Source: Syntrophales bacterium (GTDB lineage: Bacteria; Desulfobacterota; Syntrophia; Syntrophales; UBA2210). From it: DNA of 64,000 nucleotides. Within the stretch, counting starts at the first letter, position 1; every line of letters begins with the position of its first letter. The DNA lies in NCBI GenBank assembly GCA_963662405.2, contig CAXXKT010000001.1:2722542-2786541 (forward strand), read 5' to 3'. Below are positions 48,449-58,504 of this stretch, in pieces. The translations under genes and the position numbers were made by a program. The notes under the pieces were generated by a model. That model was not told the origin of the DNA. It did no database searches and worked only from the letters and a program-made list of their open reading frames with translations.

Positions 48449-48767
48449 ATGAATCTTTTGTTTACGTGAGAGAATAATCCCTGTAGTGCAAAAAACAAAT
48501 AAGTGACAAGGGGATAGCGGGATTGTCCCACTATGATGTATCCTTGGCGAGTAATTCCCCTGAGCGCGTACCAGAATCAGCTATCTGATCGGAGTGAACC
48601 GCTACTACTAATCCATACCTTGTCTAAACCGATTCGATGAGTAAAATAGCTATCATATTCCTCGGATAAAATAAACCACCAATGTAAGGTAGTTTCTGTA
48701 ATTGGAAGCGAATCATTGTATGTTGGAAAACAAACGTTGTATTGCATGTAACGCGGCTATTGGTTGT

Positions 48768-50492
48768 TCAGGACGGGAAGGAGGCGTCCTTCATCTTGAG
48801 CTGGATGCTGCTCTTGCCGTTCCAGTGATTTATCTGCGGCGAAAAAACAATGTCGATAGTCGACCCTGCCAGCTGTTCCAGGAGGTCTCCCCGGTCAAAC
48901 CATATGGAGTCACAGCTCATGTTGTTGCTATTGGCGCGCATCTTCAGGTGGTTTTTCCCCACCGTTGTCGGGGATTCGATCCGTACGTCACGTGTGTGAA
49001 GCACCGGTTCCGGGTTCATGTTTCCAAAGGGGGCCATCATCTCTATCTGGGAGAGGAGGCTATAATCTACGTCGTTCAGAGTGCAGAGGGCATCGATGGT
49101 GGTCTGAGGTGCCACACGCTCACTGCCGATGCTTTCACGTACCGTTTCGTCCAATATTTCTGAAAATCGGCTGATGTTTTCCTCTCGAATGGAAATTCCC
49201 GCCGCATATCGATGACCGCCATATGAGAGCAGCAGGGAGGAGCATTTCGTGTCCAGCCCTTCGTACAGATTGAATTCGACGATGCTTCGTCCCGATCCCC
49301 TTCCGATTCCGTCTTGAACACTGATGAGCACGGTGGGGCGATAGTATCGGTCGACAAGCTTTGAAGCCACGATCCCTATGACCCCCGGATGCCACGAGTC
49401 GGATGATAATACCAAGGAATTGCCCTTATTGATATCGGTGGTTGTGTTTATTTCCTCCAGTATTTCGTGGAGGATTTTCTTCTCAATTTCTTGCCGGTTC
49501 TTATTGTATGCGTCGAGGCGTTCGGCAAGAAGGGCGGCTCTTCCTTCGTCCTCGGTCAGGAGCAGCTCCACGGCGTCCCCGGGGACGCCGATCCTTCCGG
49601 CGGCGTTGATACGGGGGATCAGCCTGAATGCCGCCATTTCGGAACTGATGACTCTTCTTCCCATATCGCTGACCGCCATCAGGGCCCTGAGCCCGATTCG
49701 ATCCGTATTGCCCGCCACGCCGAGACCGATCTTTGCGAGGATCCTGTTTTCATCGACGAGGGGGACAATGTCACCGATCGTTCCGATGGCCACCAGGTCA
49801 AGATATTTCATCAGGTTCGGATATTCTTTCCCTTCCCAGAAGCCTTGGTTCCGAAGTTTCCCTCGCAGGGCGATCAAGAGGTTGAAAACGACCCCCACCC
49901 CTGCAAGCGATTTGAATGGGAAGGGACAATCCGGACGGTGGGGATTGATCACCGCCTTACAATGGGGGAGGGTAGCGGGGACCTCATGGTGATCGGTGAC
50001 GATTACATCGATCCCTGCCCGGGTAGCGTGTGCTATCGCTTCATGATCGGAGATTCCACAGTCCACCGTGACGATAAGATCGATGCCCTCCTCCCTGAAT
50101 CCGTCTATTGCAGTAGTGCTCAGACCATACCCCTCCCCGATTCGCTGGGGGATGTAATAGGATATTCGATCATGAATTTCACGGAGAAACTTGACGAGGA
50201 CAGCGGTGGAGGTGATACCGTCCGCATCGTAATCGCCGTACACGACGATCTTTTCATTTTTGAAGATTGCCGCGATCAACCGGTCGACAGCGTGTTCCAT
50301 ATCTTGCATGAGGAACGGATTGTGGAGTTGATTCAACGAAGGAAAGAGGAACCTTTTGGCGTCATCCGGGGTTGTAATGCCGCGGTTGACGAGGATCTGC
50401 GATATAATGGGACTGATCCCGATTTCCCGGGCCAACATAGATTGGACCATCTCGTTGGTATGGGGGAGTTTCCACCGCGTGGTTGGCAGCAT
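48768..50492 (-). CDS. recJ: ssDNA-specific exonuclease RecJ
   Basis: GDYDADG, TVDCG, DHH, PRINAAGR, GGH. ATG 50492 preferred because a consensus promoter lies at 50521-50549. Confidence 0.95.
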   Translation of the reverse strand: MLPTTRWKLPHTNEMVQSMLAREIGISPIISQILVNRGITTPDDAKRFLFPSLNQLHNPFLMQDMEHAVDRLIAAIFKNEKIVVYGDYDADGITSTAVLVKFLREIHDRISYYIPQRIGEGYGLSTTAIDGFREEGIDLIVTVDCGISDHEAIAHATRAGIDVIVTDHHEVPATLPHCKAVINPHRPDCPFPFKSLAGVGVVFNLLIALRGKLRNQGFWEGKEYPNLMKYLDLVAIGTIGDIVPLVDENRILAKIGLGVAGNTDRIGLRALMAVSDMGRRVISSEMAAFRLIPRINAAGRIGVPGDAVELLLTEDEGRAALLAERLDAYNKNRQEIEKKILHEILEEINTTTDINKGNSLVLSSDSWHPGVIGIVASKLVDRYYRPTVLISVQDGIGRGSGRSIVEFNLYEGLDTKCSSLLLSYGGHRYAAGISIREENISRFSEILDETVRESIGSERVAPQTTIDALCTLNDVDYSLLSQIEMMAPFGNMNPEPVLHTRDVRIESPTTVGKNHLKMRANSNNMSCDSIWFDRGDLLEQLAGSTIDIVFSPQINHWNGKSSIQLKMKDASFPS

Positions 50493-50520
50493 ATTTGTTG
50501 TTCCGATCAAGAGATATCGT

Positions 50521-50549
50521 ACTATAATCAAGGCATCTGATCCTGTCAA
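50521..50549 (-). promoter_or_regulatory. Sigma-70 promoter of recJ
   Basis: TTGACA-N17-TATAGT on the minus strand. Confidence 0.7.
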
Positions 50550-50599
50550 GGAGGGATTTATTTCTTGATGTTTCAGGGGCCGGATGCTACGAATATTCA

Positions 50600-50860
50600 A
50601 TGCTGGACGGAGATATCACCATAAAAGACTTGCGCTTGGATCGGCGGGATATTGGATATGTCAAACATATCTTTGAGGGATATGAAGGGCATGCAACGAT
50701 TACAACGATTGACAACACCCAAGCGGTCATTCGATTGTTCATCATGCCGGGGTTTACACCCGATGTCTCCGGAATCATACAGGCATTACAGGGAGAAATT
50801 GAAATATCCGAGGTTGGCGGAGGTGAGGATACATGGACAGAAGATACGGATATGGAGTGA
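50600..50860 (+). CDS. DUF4911-like small protein
   Basis: DRRDIGYVKHIFEGYEGHATITTID pattern recognised as DUF4911. Confidence 0.75.
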   Translation: MLDGDITIKDLRLDRRDIGYVKHIFEGYEGHATITTIDNTQAVIRLFIMPGFTPDVSGIIQALQGEIEISEVGGGEDTWTEDTDME

Positions 50861-51246
50861 TCATCTTTTTGGTTCCGTTCCTCCTGGCAATGGGATCGAT
50901 AACGGGGAACGATACACCGGACACGATTCCGGTTACCGAACAAAAATTCAGGGCCACCTTTGTCGATGAAATGGATATCGTTACGCCATGCTTAGAGGCG
51001 AGCATTAACGGAAAGACCTATATCGAAGGAAAGAAGGGGAGGGGAGTGTACACGATCCCCTTCGAACAGGTGGAGCATATTACCTTCCTCTCTCAGGGAG
51101 AGGGGTTGAAGGGTGTGGTACGTCTCAAAAACAAGGATACCGAAGAACTGATCCTGGATGGTACCGGCAAGGCGTACGGTAGGACGGCACACGGTACATT
51201 CCAAATAGGTATCACGGATCTGAAAAAGATGATCATCAACGAATGA
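50833..51246 (+). CDS. Hypothetical exported protein
   Basis: N-terminal hydrophobic segment ending LLAMG. Overlaps the previous gene. Confidence 0.7.
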   Translation: MDRRYGYGVIIFLVPFLLAMGSITGNDTPDTIPVTEQKFRATFVDEMDIVTPCLEASINGKTYIEGKKGRGVYTIPFEQVEHITFLSQGEGLKGVVRLKNKDTEELILDGTGKAYGRTAHGTFQIGITDLKKMIINE

Positions 51247-51264
51247 TCTCTCAGGGGCGGGCGC

Positions 51265-51291
51265 GTATCCGTCTGATGACCAGACGGATAC
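51265..51291. terminator. Perfect hairpin between convergent genes
   Basis: GTATCCGTCTG-atgac-CAGACGGATAC. Confidence 0.6.
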
Positions 51292-51300
51292 AACTCATTT

Positions 51301-51498
51301 CTAAATGGCCTTTTTAACGGCGCCTGAACGGAGACATCGGGTGCAGACCTTCATTCTTTTGACGGCACCGGTCTTCGGGTTTACCACCCGCAGTTTCTGG
51401 AGGTTGGGATACCAGACCCTCTTCGTCTTGTTGTGGGCATGGCTGACGCTGTTCCCGACTTCAGGCCCTTTACCGCAGATCTCACAAAATCGTGACAT
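51301..51498 (-). CDS. rpmB: 50S ribosomal protein L28
   Basis: [34 protein letters not shown]…VCTRCLRS. Confidence 0.97.
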   Translation of the reverse strand: MSRFCEICGKGPEVGNSVSHAHNKTKRVWYPNLQKLRVVNPKTGAVKRMKVCTRCLRSGAVKKAI

Positions 51499-51600
51499 AA
51501 CACTCACACTCCTTTCAGAAAATCAGGCTGTCTCCTAAACCATAACAGCTATTTTTGCAAGCATTTTTTGATATTACTTTCGTTTTATCACCGGGGAGGG

Positions 51601-52896
51601 TCATCCGTTTTTCATGGATGACGGTTGTCCCGTCGCCTCGAGAACCCGCATCCATAGATTCCCTTTCGTATTGACCTTCTTGCGGGAGGTGACCGATTCG
51701 ATCGGCAGATGGACATATTCACCCTTGAACAGACCCACCACCAGGTCTGTCTTCCCCGCCATTGCGGCGTGGACGGCGAACTGGCCCAGAAGCTCACAGT
51801 ATATACTGTCGCTGGCGTTGGCGGGAACGCTCCGTATGGTGTAGCTGGGATCGATATACTTGAGGTTGATATCCATCTCCCTTTGCTTGAAATACGCTTC
51901 AATCTGTTCTTTCAGGAACATACCGATATCCCGAAGCCGAAGATTTCCGGAGGCGTCAGTCCGGTTCGGACCATCGCAGGCGCACAGCTCCTGCCCCGCA
52001 CCCTCCGCTACGAGTATAACGGCATGATTCCTCTCGTGAAGACGTTGTTTCAGAACGGTAAGCAGACCTCGCTCTCCCTCCAGATCAAAGGGGACTTCAG
52101 GGATAAGAGCAAAATTGACGTCGTTCTGGGCCAGGGTGGCATTGAGAACGATATGTCCGGACTCCCGTCCCATGATTTTTACCAGACCTATCCCCATGGG
52201 GGCGCCTTTCGCCTCAACGTGTGCGCATTGAATGACGTTGACTACCATGGAGATTGCCGTGTCGAAGCCGAAAGTTCTATCGATCAGGTTCAGATCGTTG
52301 TCGATGGTCTTTGGTATCCCGATGACACCGATCTTGACATCCCTTTTCAGAACTTCTTCCGCTATCCTTCCGGCCGCACGCATGGTCCCGTCACCCCCGA
52401 CACAGAAGAGGATATCGATATCCATGCTCCGCAGGGTATCGACCATCGTTGGGATGTCCTGGTTCCCCCGCGATGATGACAAGATACTGCCGCCAAGGGT
52501 GTGGATGTCCTTGACCGTGTCAGGTGTCAGATTCATCACCGCGTGTTTGTATGCGGGGATAAGCCCCTGAAACCCGTAGCGGATACCGGCTATCTCTTTT
52601 ACCCCATATCGATAATAGAGAGCCATAACCACCGATCGTATGACATCGTTAATGCCGGGGCTCAGGCCACCACAGGTCACGATGGCGGCCCGTGTCTGTG
52701 AGGGGTTGAAGTAGATCAGTCTTCTCGGTCCGGCGATTTCAAGGGAGGCGGATTCTCCCGTGCACGGGGCGTCAGCGTGAAGATAGGGATCAAAGAGCAC
52801 GCGCTTATCGTCGGCCATAAAATATCCGGAGGTAATCGGTGATGAGATGGCCGGTTTCCCCAGCGACCTGATCGTGAAATTGAGCGATTCTTTCAT
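51601..52896 (-). CDS. pfkA: ATP-dependent 6-phosphofructokinase (group X type)
   Basis: AGPR, TCGGLSPG, GGDGT, PKTIDND, MGRESG, KYIDPSY. Confidence 0.92.
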   Translation of the reverse strand: MKESLNFTIRSLGKPAISSPITSGYFMADDKRVLFDPYLHADAPCTGESASLEIAGPRRLIYFNPSQTRAAIVTCGGLSPGINDVIRSVVMALYYRYGVKEIAGIRYGFQGLIPAYKHAVMNLTPDTVKDIHTLGGSILSSSRGNQDIPTMVDTLRSMDIDILFCVGGDGTMRAAGRIAEEVLKRDVKIGVIGIPKTIDNDLNLIDRTFGFDTAISMVVNVIQCAHVEAKGAPMGIGLVKIMGRESGHIVLNATLAQNDVNFALIPEVPFDLEGERGLLTVLKQRLHERNHAVILVAEGAGQELCACDGPNRTDASGNLRLRDIGMFLKEQIEAYFKQREMDINLKYIDPSYTIRSVPANASDSIYCELLGQFAVHAAMAGKTDLVVGLFKGEYVHLPIESVTSRKKVNTKGNLWMRVLEATGQPSSMKNG

Positions 52897-54332
52897 GACG
52901 GTTTTCTCCCTGTCGCCAGTCGCGCGGCGTTCAGCCCGGATACGATCTCTCCCTCGAACCCAAGTCCCGGAATAATAAGCCCTCCGGTCAAAAAGACGTT
53001 TCTCAGGGGTGTCCTGTTGTCAAACAATGACAGCCCCATACGGTGGCTCTTGGCACGGTACCTGGCGCCGGCGATTCCACAGCGCTCTTTCGATAGGGTT
53101 ATGGATTGCTCCAGGTTAAAAAAATCGATATTCTCCGCCAGGAAGGGGAGAAACATTCCCAGATTCCGGAGCATATTCTCAGCGGTCTTTTTGAGAACGT
53201 CAGGGGTGATCGATGAAGGATGTGTGGTCAGAAAAGAGGTTACGCTGACGGCCCGCTTTCCATCAGGGGCCCGGTGGGTATCGTTCGGTTCACTTGCCGC
53301 AAGAAACAAGAGATTTCCCTCCTCGATGGATTCGGCTTCATCCGATATCACCGCAACGTATGGCCCCATCTGCTCGGGAATGCACCGGTCATTGACGCCC
53401 ATATACAAGGTGAAAGGATAGAGGGATGGCTGTACCTTCACGAAACGCCTTCTGAGCGGTGAGAATCCCTTGATTTCTTCAAGGAGCGGGCCGAATTTTT
53501 CATCACCGGTGCTGATGACCATGTTTTTCCCATATATGGTCGGGACACCATCCTTGGCGCCGTCGGTTTTTATGTTTATTTTAATAACACGATCAATCTC
53601 GACCGTTGAAATGGGCTGTCTTTCTATTACACCACCATCGGCTTCGAATTTCTTTTTCAATTTCTGCATCAGGGCATGTTTTCCATCCCGGTAGTATGTT
53701 AATCCCTGCATCGCATCGCACAGCGTCCGCGCAGAGGCGAGGGGACTCATCGCCTGGGGATCGAGGTGTGAGAGTAGGAGAAGCTGCGCCTGAACCATCT
53801 TTTCGATCGATGATAACCGCTGCATGGTTGCGAGGCGTGACGCAAAGGTCCTTTTTCTGAGGGCGATAGAAGGCATATGACATAATTGTCCGGCACGGGC
53901 CTTCAGGGTCGATGGTCGCAGATGAAGTCCTGCTTCGACCAGATGGGATACAAAGGAGCCGCATTTGGCGAGGGATTTATAGAATCGGGCTATTTCAGAT
54001 GCGTCGTCGGGGAATTCCCGCGTAACCTCTTTGATGTCCCATTCGACCGTTCCACGCAAGGCGACCCTGTGTTTTCGAAAGATAATCTGAAGCATCGGAT
54101 TGAGGGGAAGTTCTTCCTGGGGTATCCCAAGGTGAGAAATGAATTGTCTGAAGACATGCCCTCGGTTAAACCCTGACCAGGGGAAGGGGTCGATATCGAA
54201 GATATATCCCGACTCTTGATAACACTGAAGGGCATCATTCGTCACCAGGAGCGTCTTCCCCCCCCGGTTTGCCAGGGTCAATGCGGCTACCAGGGAACCT
54301 GGATCGTTTCCCAGCACAATGGTGTCGAACAT
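52893..54332 (-). CDS. Phytoene-dehydrogenase-like oxidoreductase
   Basis: N-terminal Rossmann-like start, ESGYIFD, C-terminal TPLRNVFLTG…PGLGFEGEIVSGLNAA. Confidence 0.7.
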   Translation of the reverse strand: MFDTIVLGNDPGSLVAALTLANRGGKTLLVTNDALQCYQESGYIFDIDPFPWSGFNRGHVFRQFISHLGIPQEELPLNPMLQIIFRKHRVALRGTVEWDIKEVTREFPDDASEIARFYKSLAKCGSFVSHLVEAGLHLRPSTLKARAGQLCHMPSIALRKRTFASRLATMQRLSSIEKMVQAQLLLLSHLDPQAMSPLASARTLCDAMQGLTYYRDGKHALMQKLKKKFEADGGVIERQPISTVEIDRVIKINIKTDGAKDGVPTIYGKNMVISTGDEKFGPLLEEIKGFSPLRRRFVKVQPSLYPFTLYMGVNDRCIPEQMGPYVAVISDEAESIEEGNLLFLAASEPNDTHRAPDGKRAVSVTSFLTTHPSSITPDVLKKTAENMLRNLGMFLPFLAENIDFFNLEQSITLSKERCGIAGARYRAKSHRMGLSLFDNRTPLRNVFLTGGLIIPGLGFEGEIVSGLNAARLATGRKPS

Positions 54333-54335
54333 GTC

Positions 54336-54806
54336 TTAGACCACCTTACCCAACAGGAATCCAATATCATCGGCAATCCGTTCGGATGATACAATCACAA
54401 CCCCGTGTTTCTTGAGGAGGGAGGATGTCACCCCGTACCCCGGGACGGTGACGCCGTTCCTCTTGATGTGATGAACACCACAGGACGGACTCTTCTCCGT
54501 CATGATCGCTGCTGATATCCCCATCAGTTTCATGAAGCGCAGAACCTCCTCAGCTCCGCGCAGGAAGTTGTCTGTCACGTCTGCTCCTTGAGCGGATACA
54601 ACCCGTGCCCTCCCTTCAAGGACATGAGAGCCATCTCCCGTATCGATCTCGGATGGGACCCGCGGTGTCGGTAACCCGCCGATCTGTTCCGGGCAAACGG
54701 GAACGAGGTATGGTCGCACGTCCGGCAGGAGCAACGTTTTGTCCGGACGGCCCGTTCCGTCGTATCTGCAATTGAAGCCAAGGAGGCACGCACTGACGAT
54801 GATCAT
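54336..54806 (-). CDS. DUF523 / 2-thiouracil desulfidase (TudS)-family Fe-S protein
   Basis: VSACLLG..CRYDG, PVCPE..GGLPTPR, KSPSCG. Confidence 0.88.
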   Translation of the reverse strand: MIIVSACLLGFNCRYDGTGRPDKTLLLPDVRPYLVPVCPEQIGGLPTPRVPSEIDTGDGSHVLEGRARVVSAQGADVTDNFLRGAEEVLRFMKLMGISAAIMTEKSPSCGVHHIKRNGVTVPGYGVTSSLLKKHGVVIVSSERIADDIGFLLGKVV

Positions 54807-54807
54807 T

Positions 54808-55482
54808 CTAAAATTGTTCCAGGGAAGGATTGTGGAGGCACACTGTACCCATCGGGCGGGGGTCTCTTATACTCACCTTCCGGCCGGTAACCTCGATCCT
54901 CCCCTCTGCGTAAAACTGGATTGCCTGCGGATAGATCCGGTGCTCTTCCTGCAATATTCTGCTCTGAAGCTTTTCCGCCGTATCATCGTCATACACGGGA
55001 ACGACGGCCTGAATAATAATCGGACCGGTATCGACCCCTTCATCGGCAAAGTGAACGGTGCAGCCGGTGAATTTCACGCCGTAATCGAAGGCCTTTTCCT
55101 GGACATGAAGACCCTGAAAGGCGGGAAGGAGTGCGGGGTGGATATTCATGATTTTCAAGGGGAAGGCCCTCAGAAGGACCGGAGTCAGGATCCTCATGAA
55201 TCCCGCCATGATCACGAGATCCACGTGGTGGGCGGTGAGCGCGGCAACCACCTCTTGGTCAAAGGCTTCCCTCGTTTCAAAGTTTCGATGGTCGACAACG
55301 ATCGTGGGTATGCCGTGTTGCCGTGCCCTTTCCAGCGACCCGACACCGGGCACGTTGCTTATCACTACTCGGATGGTCGCGTCCAGTCTGCCTTCCTCTA
55401 TACTGTCGATGATCGATTGCAGGTTGGTGCCGCTACCGGAAACCAAGACACCGAGATCTATCTTTTTCATCTCTCTATTCAT
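54808..55482 (-). CDS. purN: Phosphoribosylglycinamide formyltransferase
   Basis: SGSGTNLQ, AGFMRIL, NIHPALLP, GCTVHF, DTGPII. Confidence 0.97.
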   Translation of the reverse strand: MNREMKKIDLGVLVSGSGTNLQSIIDSIEEGRLDATIRVVISNVPGVGSLERARQHGIPTIVVDHRNFETREAFDQEVVAALTAHHVDLVIMAGFMRILTPVLLRAFPLKIMNIHPALLPAFQGLHVQEKAFDYGVKFTGCTVHFADEGVDTGPIIIQAVVPVYDDDTAEKLQSRILQEEHRIYPQAIQFYAEGRIEVTGRKVSIRDPRPMGTVCLHNPSLEQF

Positions 55483-56521
55483 AGGTAACGGCCGCGTCTT
55501 TTTCGTTCCGCGCTCTGATATGACCGATTATGGACGCCCGTTCTCCGAGCCTCTCAAGGTGGTCGACAATCTCCTTCTCATTTTGTCCGGGGACAATGAT
55601 AACCATCCCGATCCCCATATTAAAAACCCTGAGCATCTCGGTATCTTCGATGTTGCCCCGTTCCTGGATGACTCCGAAAATGGGATGGGGAGACCATGCC
55701 TCGCGATTGAGGACGGCCTCGCATCGATGGGGGAGTATCCGTGGGATGTTTTCCGTCAGGCCCCCGCCGGTAATGTGGGCTATCCCTCGGACGCTGAAAT
55801 TTTTGATAAGGTTCAAGACCGGCTTTACATAGATCCTTGTGGGACGGAGGAGTTCCATACCGATGGAATCCTCAATACCGGTTACGGTGTCGTTGACGGT
55901 CAGTCCCGCCTGTTCGAACAATACCTTTCGGACAAGAGAATAGCCGTTACTGTGAATTCCGTTCGACGCCAGGCCGATGATGCTGTCTCCGACCCTGATT
56001 TCCGAGCCGTCAATGAGGTTGTCATACTCGACAACACCCACACAAAAACCGGCAAGATCGTATTCATCATCCTTGTAAAAACCAGGCATTTCGGCGGTTT
56101 CACCACCGGTCAGCGCGCACCCCGCCTCAAGACAGCCCTGCGATATCCCCTCAATGACCGCTACACTTCTTTCAAGACTCAGATGCCCGGTGGCGATGTA
56201 ATCGAGGAAAAAAAGGGGCTCTGCTCCCTGAACCACCAGATCGTTGACATTCATGGCAACAAGATCAATTCCGATCGTGTTGTGCTTGTCCATCATATGA
56301 GCGATCTTGAGTTTTGTGCCCACGCCGTCGGTTGTTGAGACAAGGAGAGGGTTTGCATATTGGGTGGTTCCCAGGTGAAAGAGCCCGCCGAAGCTGCCGA
56401 TCTCCCCAACGACTCCCTTTCGCGTTGTGGCCTTTATCAGGGGTTTGATCTTGTCGACAAAGGCGGTGCCCTTGTCGATATCGACGCCCGCCTCCTTATA
56501 CGATGTCTTTTTATCCGTCAT
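55475..56521 (-). CDS. purM: Phosphoribosylformylglycinamidine cyclo-ligase
   Basis: YKEAGVDI, DGVGTK, GGETAEMP, HSNGYSL, HITGGG, FNMGIG. ATG 56521 preferred. Confidence 0.97.
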   Translation of the reverse strand: MTDKKTSYKEAGVDIDKGTAFVDKIKPLIKATTRKGVVGEIGSFGGLFHLGTTQYANPLLVSTTDGVGTKLKIAHMMDKHNTIGIDLVAMNVNDLVVQGAEPLFFLDYIATGHLSLERSVAVIEGISQGCLEAGCALTGGETAEMPGFYKDDEYDLAGFCVGVVEYDNLIDGSEIRVGDSIIGLASNGIHSNGYSLVRKVLFEQAGLTVNDTVTGIEDSIGMELLRPTRIYVKPVLNLIKNFSVRGIAHITGGGLTENIPRILPHRCEAVLNREAWSPHPIFGVIQERGNIEDTEMLRVFNMGIGMVIIVPGQNEKEIVDHLERLGERASIIGHIRARNEKDAAVTYE

Positions 56522-56765
56522 AGCTTTCTCTTCAATTCCTTCCGGTGTAGAAAAGTCAAGGGTGGCTCCCAACGCCGACATTGCCGTTCTATGCGCCAAG
56601 ATCCCGCTTAAAGTCCTCCGTGTGGTGAGGCGTCAAAGATGATTGCGGTACGATATCACCGCCCGCATTCGTTGTAAAGGACTTTGGGGGCCAACTGCGG
56701 TGAATAAGCCGGTAGCGTTCCCCTGTCGAAAAGATGGTGAGGCAATGATGGTACCCTGGGGGCAG

Positions 56766-57197
56766 TCATATATGATAGAGATCGTCTCCCCGTACCTTGA
56801 TCCAGTTATCCTCCATGATCTTCAGGGCCTTCTTCACCGGTCCCAGACCCAGTATCACAACGGTGATGTCTCCCGTCCCCATGCAGGGATATATGTAGTC
56901 GAGATTGATGCCTGCTTGTTTCAAGAGCTTGAAGACCACATTGATCCCCCCGGGGTGATTCGGCATCTCGCATGCGATTACCTGTTTCGTCTTTATCTTA
57001 TAACCCGCCGATTTCAGAACATTCGTTGCCTTGTTGGGGTCATTCGCCACGAAGTAGAAGAGCCCCTCCTCTTCCCGCGTTGTCGCGTAACAGCAGGCCA
57101 GTATGTTGACCCGGTTATCACTGAGGATATCGCTGACATCGGAGAGCTGCCCCGGAATGTTCTTGAGCCAGAGTTCGATCTGTTTTACCGTCTTCAC
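56766..57197 (-). CDS. Tandem ACT-domain protein
   Basis: QIELWLKNIPGQL, NHPGGI, INLDYIY. Confidence 0.85.
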   Translation of the reverse strand: MKTVKQIELWLKNIPGQLSDVSDILSDNRVNILACCYATTREEEGLFYFVANDPNKATNVLKSAGYKIKTKQVIACEMPNHPGGINVVFKLLKQAGINLDYIYPCMGTGDITVVILGLGPVKKALKIMEDNWIKVRGDDLYHI

Positions 57198-57757
57198 CGT
57201 AGATTCCCCTTCAGAATATATTCCGCGCCTCTGTCCAGACCCCTGCGATTCAGCTTCATGATCGCAGCCTGGTGGTCTTTGACGATCTCGGCCAGACCTT
57301 TCATGATTGAATCGAGCGATGTTATCCGGGTATGTGCCACAAATGCGCCCAGCATGATCATGTTGATAATCCGTTCAGTCCCGAGTTCCTCGGCGATCTG
57401 AACGGCGGGTATCCGGATGGCGGTCAAATCATCCCTGGTCAGATCCTCGGTTACGTGGTCACCGTTCAGGAAAATCGTTCCCTCTCCGTGCATGATTCCT
57501 TCATATTTGAGCAGGGAAGGGGTGTTCATGATGACCGCGAAATCAGGTGCGGATGCCACGGGTGAAAAGATCTCCTCCCCCGAGACGGCGACCGTACAGT
57601 TTGCCGTTCCTCCGCGCATTTCAGCGCCATACGCGGGCAGATAGGTTACTTCCCTGCCGTCTCGCATCGCCGCCACCGCAAAGACATACCCCATCATCAA
57701 GACACCCTGTCCCCCGAATCCGGCAAAAACGGTCTTCTTCATGTGTCCCAATCTCAT
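57194..57757 (-). CDS. 2-oxoacid:ferredoxin oxidoreductase gamma subunit
   Basis: AGFGGQG, YGAEMRGGTA, NMIMLGA. Confidence 0.92.
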   Translation of the reverse strand: MRLGHMKKTVFAGFGGQGVLMMGYVFAVAAMRDGREVTYLPAYGAEMRGGTANCTVAVSGEEIFSPVASAPDFAVIMNTPSLLKYEGIMHGEGTIFLNGDHVTEDLTRDDLTAIRIPAVQIAEELGTERIINMIMLGAFVAHTRITSLDSIMKGLAEIVKDHQAAIMKLNRRGLDRGAEYILKGNLR

Positions 57758-58501
57758 TTACCCCGTTGCATCCTTTATAATCTTCAGGGGGAACGTCTGC
57801 ATGACGCTCTCATCAATCCACCGGCAGGCATCCACCGGCGACAGTTTCCAGTTGGTCGGGCAAGGGGAGAGGATTTCGACAAGCGAAAATCCCAGTCCTG
57901 CCATCTGCACCTTGAACGCCTTGGTGATAGCCTTTTTTGTTTTTCGTATGTTTCGTATGGAGTTGACGGCGGTTCTCTCTATATAGACGGACCCGCCGGT
58001 CAAGGCGATCATTTCGCTCAGATCAATCGGTGGACCGTCGCGCCTTGCATCACGTCCTCCGGGCGTTGTAGTGGAATTTTGGCCGAGCAGGGTTGTGGGG
58101 GCCATCTGTCCCCCCGTCATTCCGTAGCAACTGTTGTTGACGAAGATGACCGTGATACTTTCCCCACGATTGGCGGCATGGATCGTCTCCGCGGTTCCAA
58201 TGGCGGCAATATCCCCATCGCCCTGATAGGAAAAGACGATGCGGTCCGGACGAATCCGTTTTATCCCGGTGGCAAGCGCCGGTCCCCTGCCGTGAGGCGC
58301 CTCCCCCATATCCACATCGAAGTAATCATAGGCTATCACCGCACACCCTGCAGGAGGAACACCGATCGTTCTGTCACCGATGTCCAGTTCCTCAATAACT
58401 TCGGCCACCAATCGATGGATAATGCCGTGCCCGCACCCGGGGCAGTAGTGAAACGGGACCTTCTTCATATATCGTGGTCTGGCAAAGACGATTTCCTCCA
58501 T
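57758..58501 (-). CDS. 2-oxoacid:ferredoxin oxidoreductase beta (TPP-binding) subunit
   Basis: HYCPGCGH, QGDGD, NN..YGMTGGQ, SPCPTNW. Confidence 0.92.
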   Translation of the reverse strand: MEEIVFARPRYMKKVPFHYCPGCGHGIIHRLVAEVIEELDIGDRTIGVPPAGCAVIAYDYFDVDMGEAPHGRGPALATGIKRIRPDRIVFSYQGDGDIAAIGTAETIHAANRGESITVIFVNNSCYGMTGGQMAPTTLLGQNSTTTPGGRDARRDGPPIDLSEMIALTGGSVYIERTAVNSIRNIRKTKKAITKAFKVQMAGLGFSLVEILSPCPTNWKLSPVDACRWIDESVMQTFPLKIIKDATG

Positions 58502-58504
58502 CCG

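Noticed and set aside
48450..48767. ops/JUMPstart element at the head of the glycan locus
   Set aside because: Only a partial GTAGCG match. No GGCGGTAG core is seen.
49467..50540. 357-aa plus-strand ORF
   Set aside because: Antisense shadow of recJ.
50493..50600. N-terminal extension of RecJ to 610 aa
   Set aside because: It contains a near-consensus sigma-70 promoter and collides with the divergent gene start.
55148..56338. 396-aa plus-strand ORF
   Set aside because: Antisense shadow of purM/purN.
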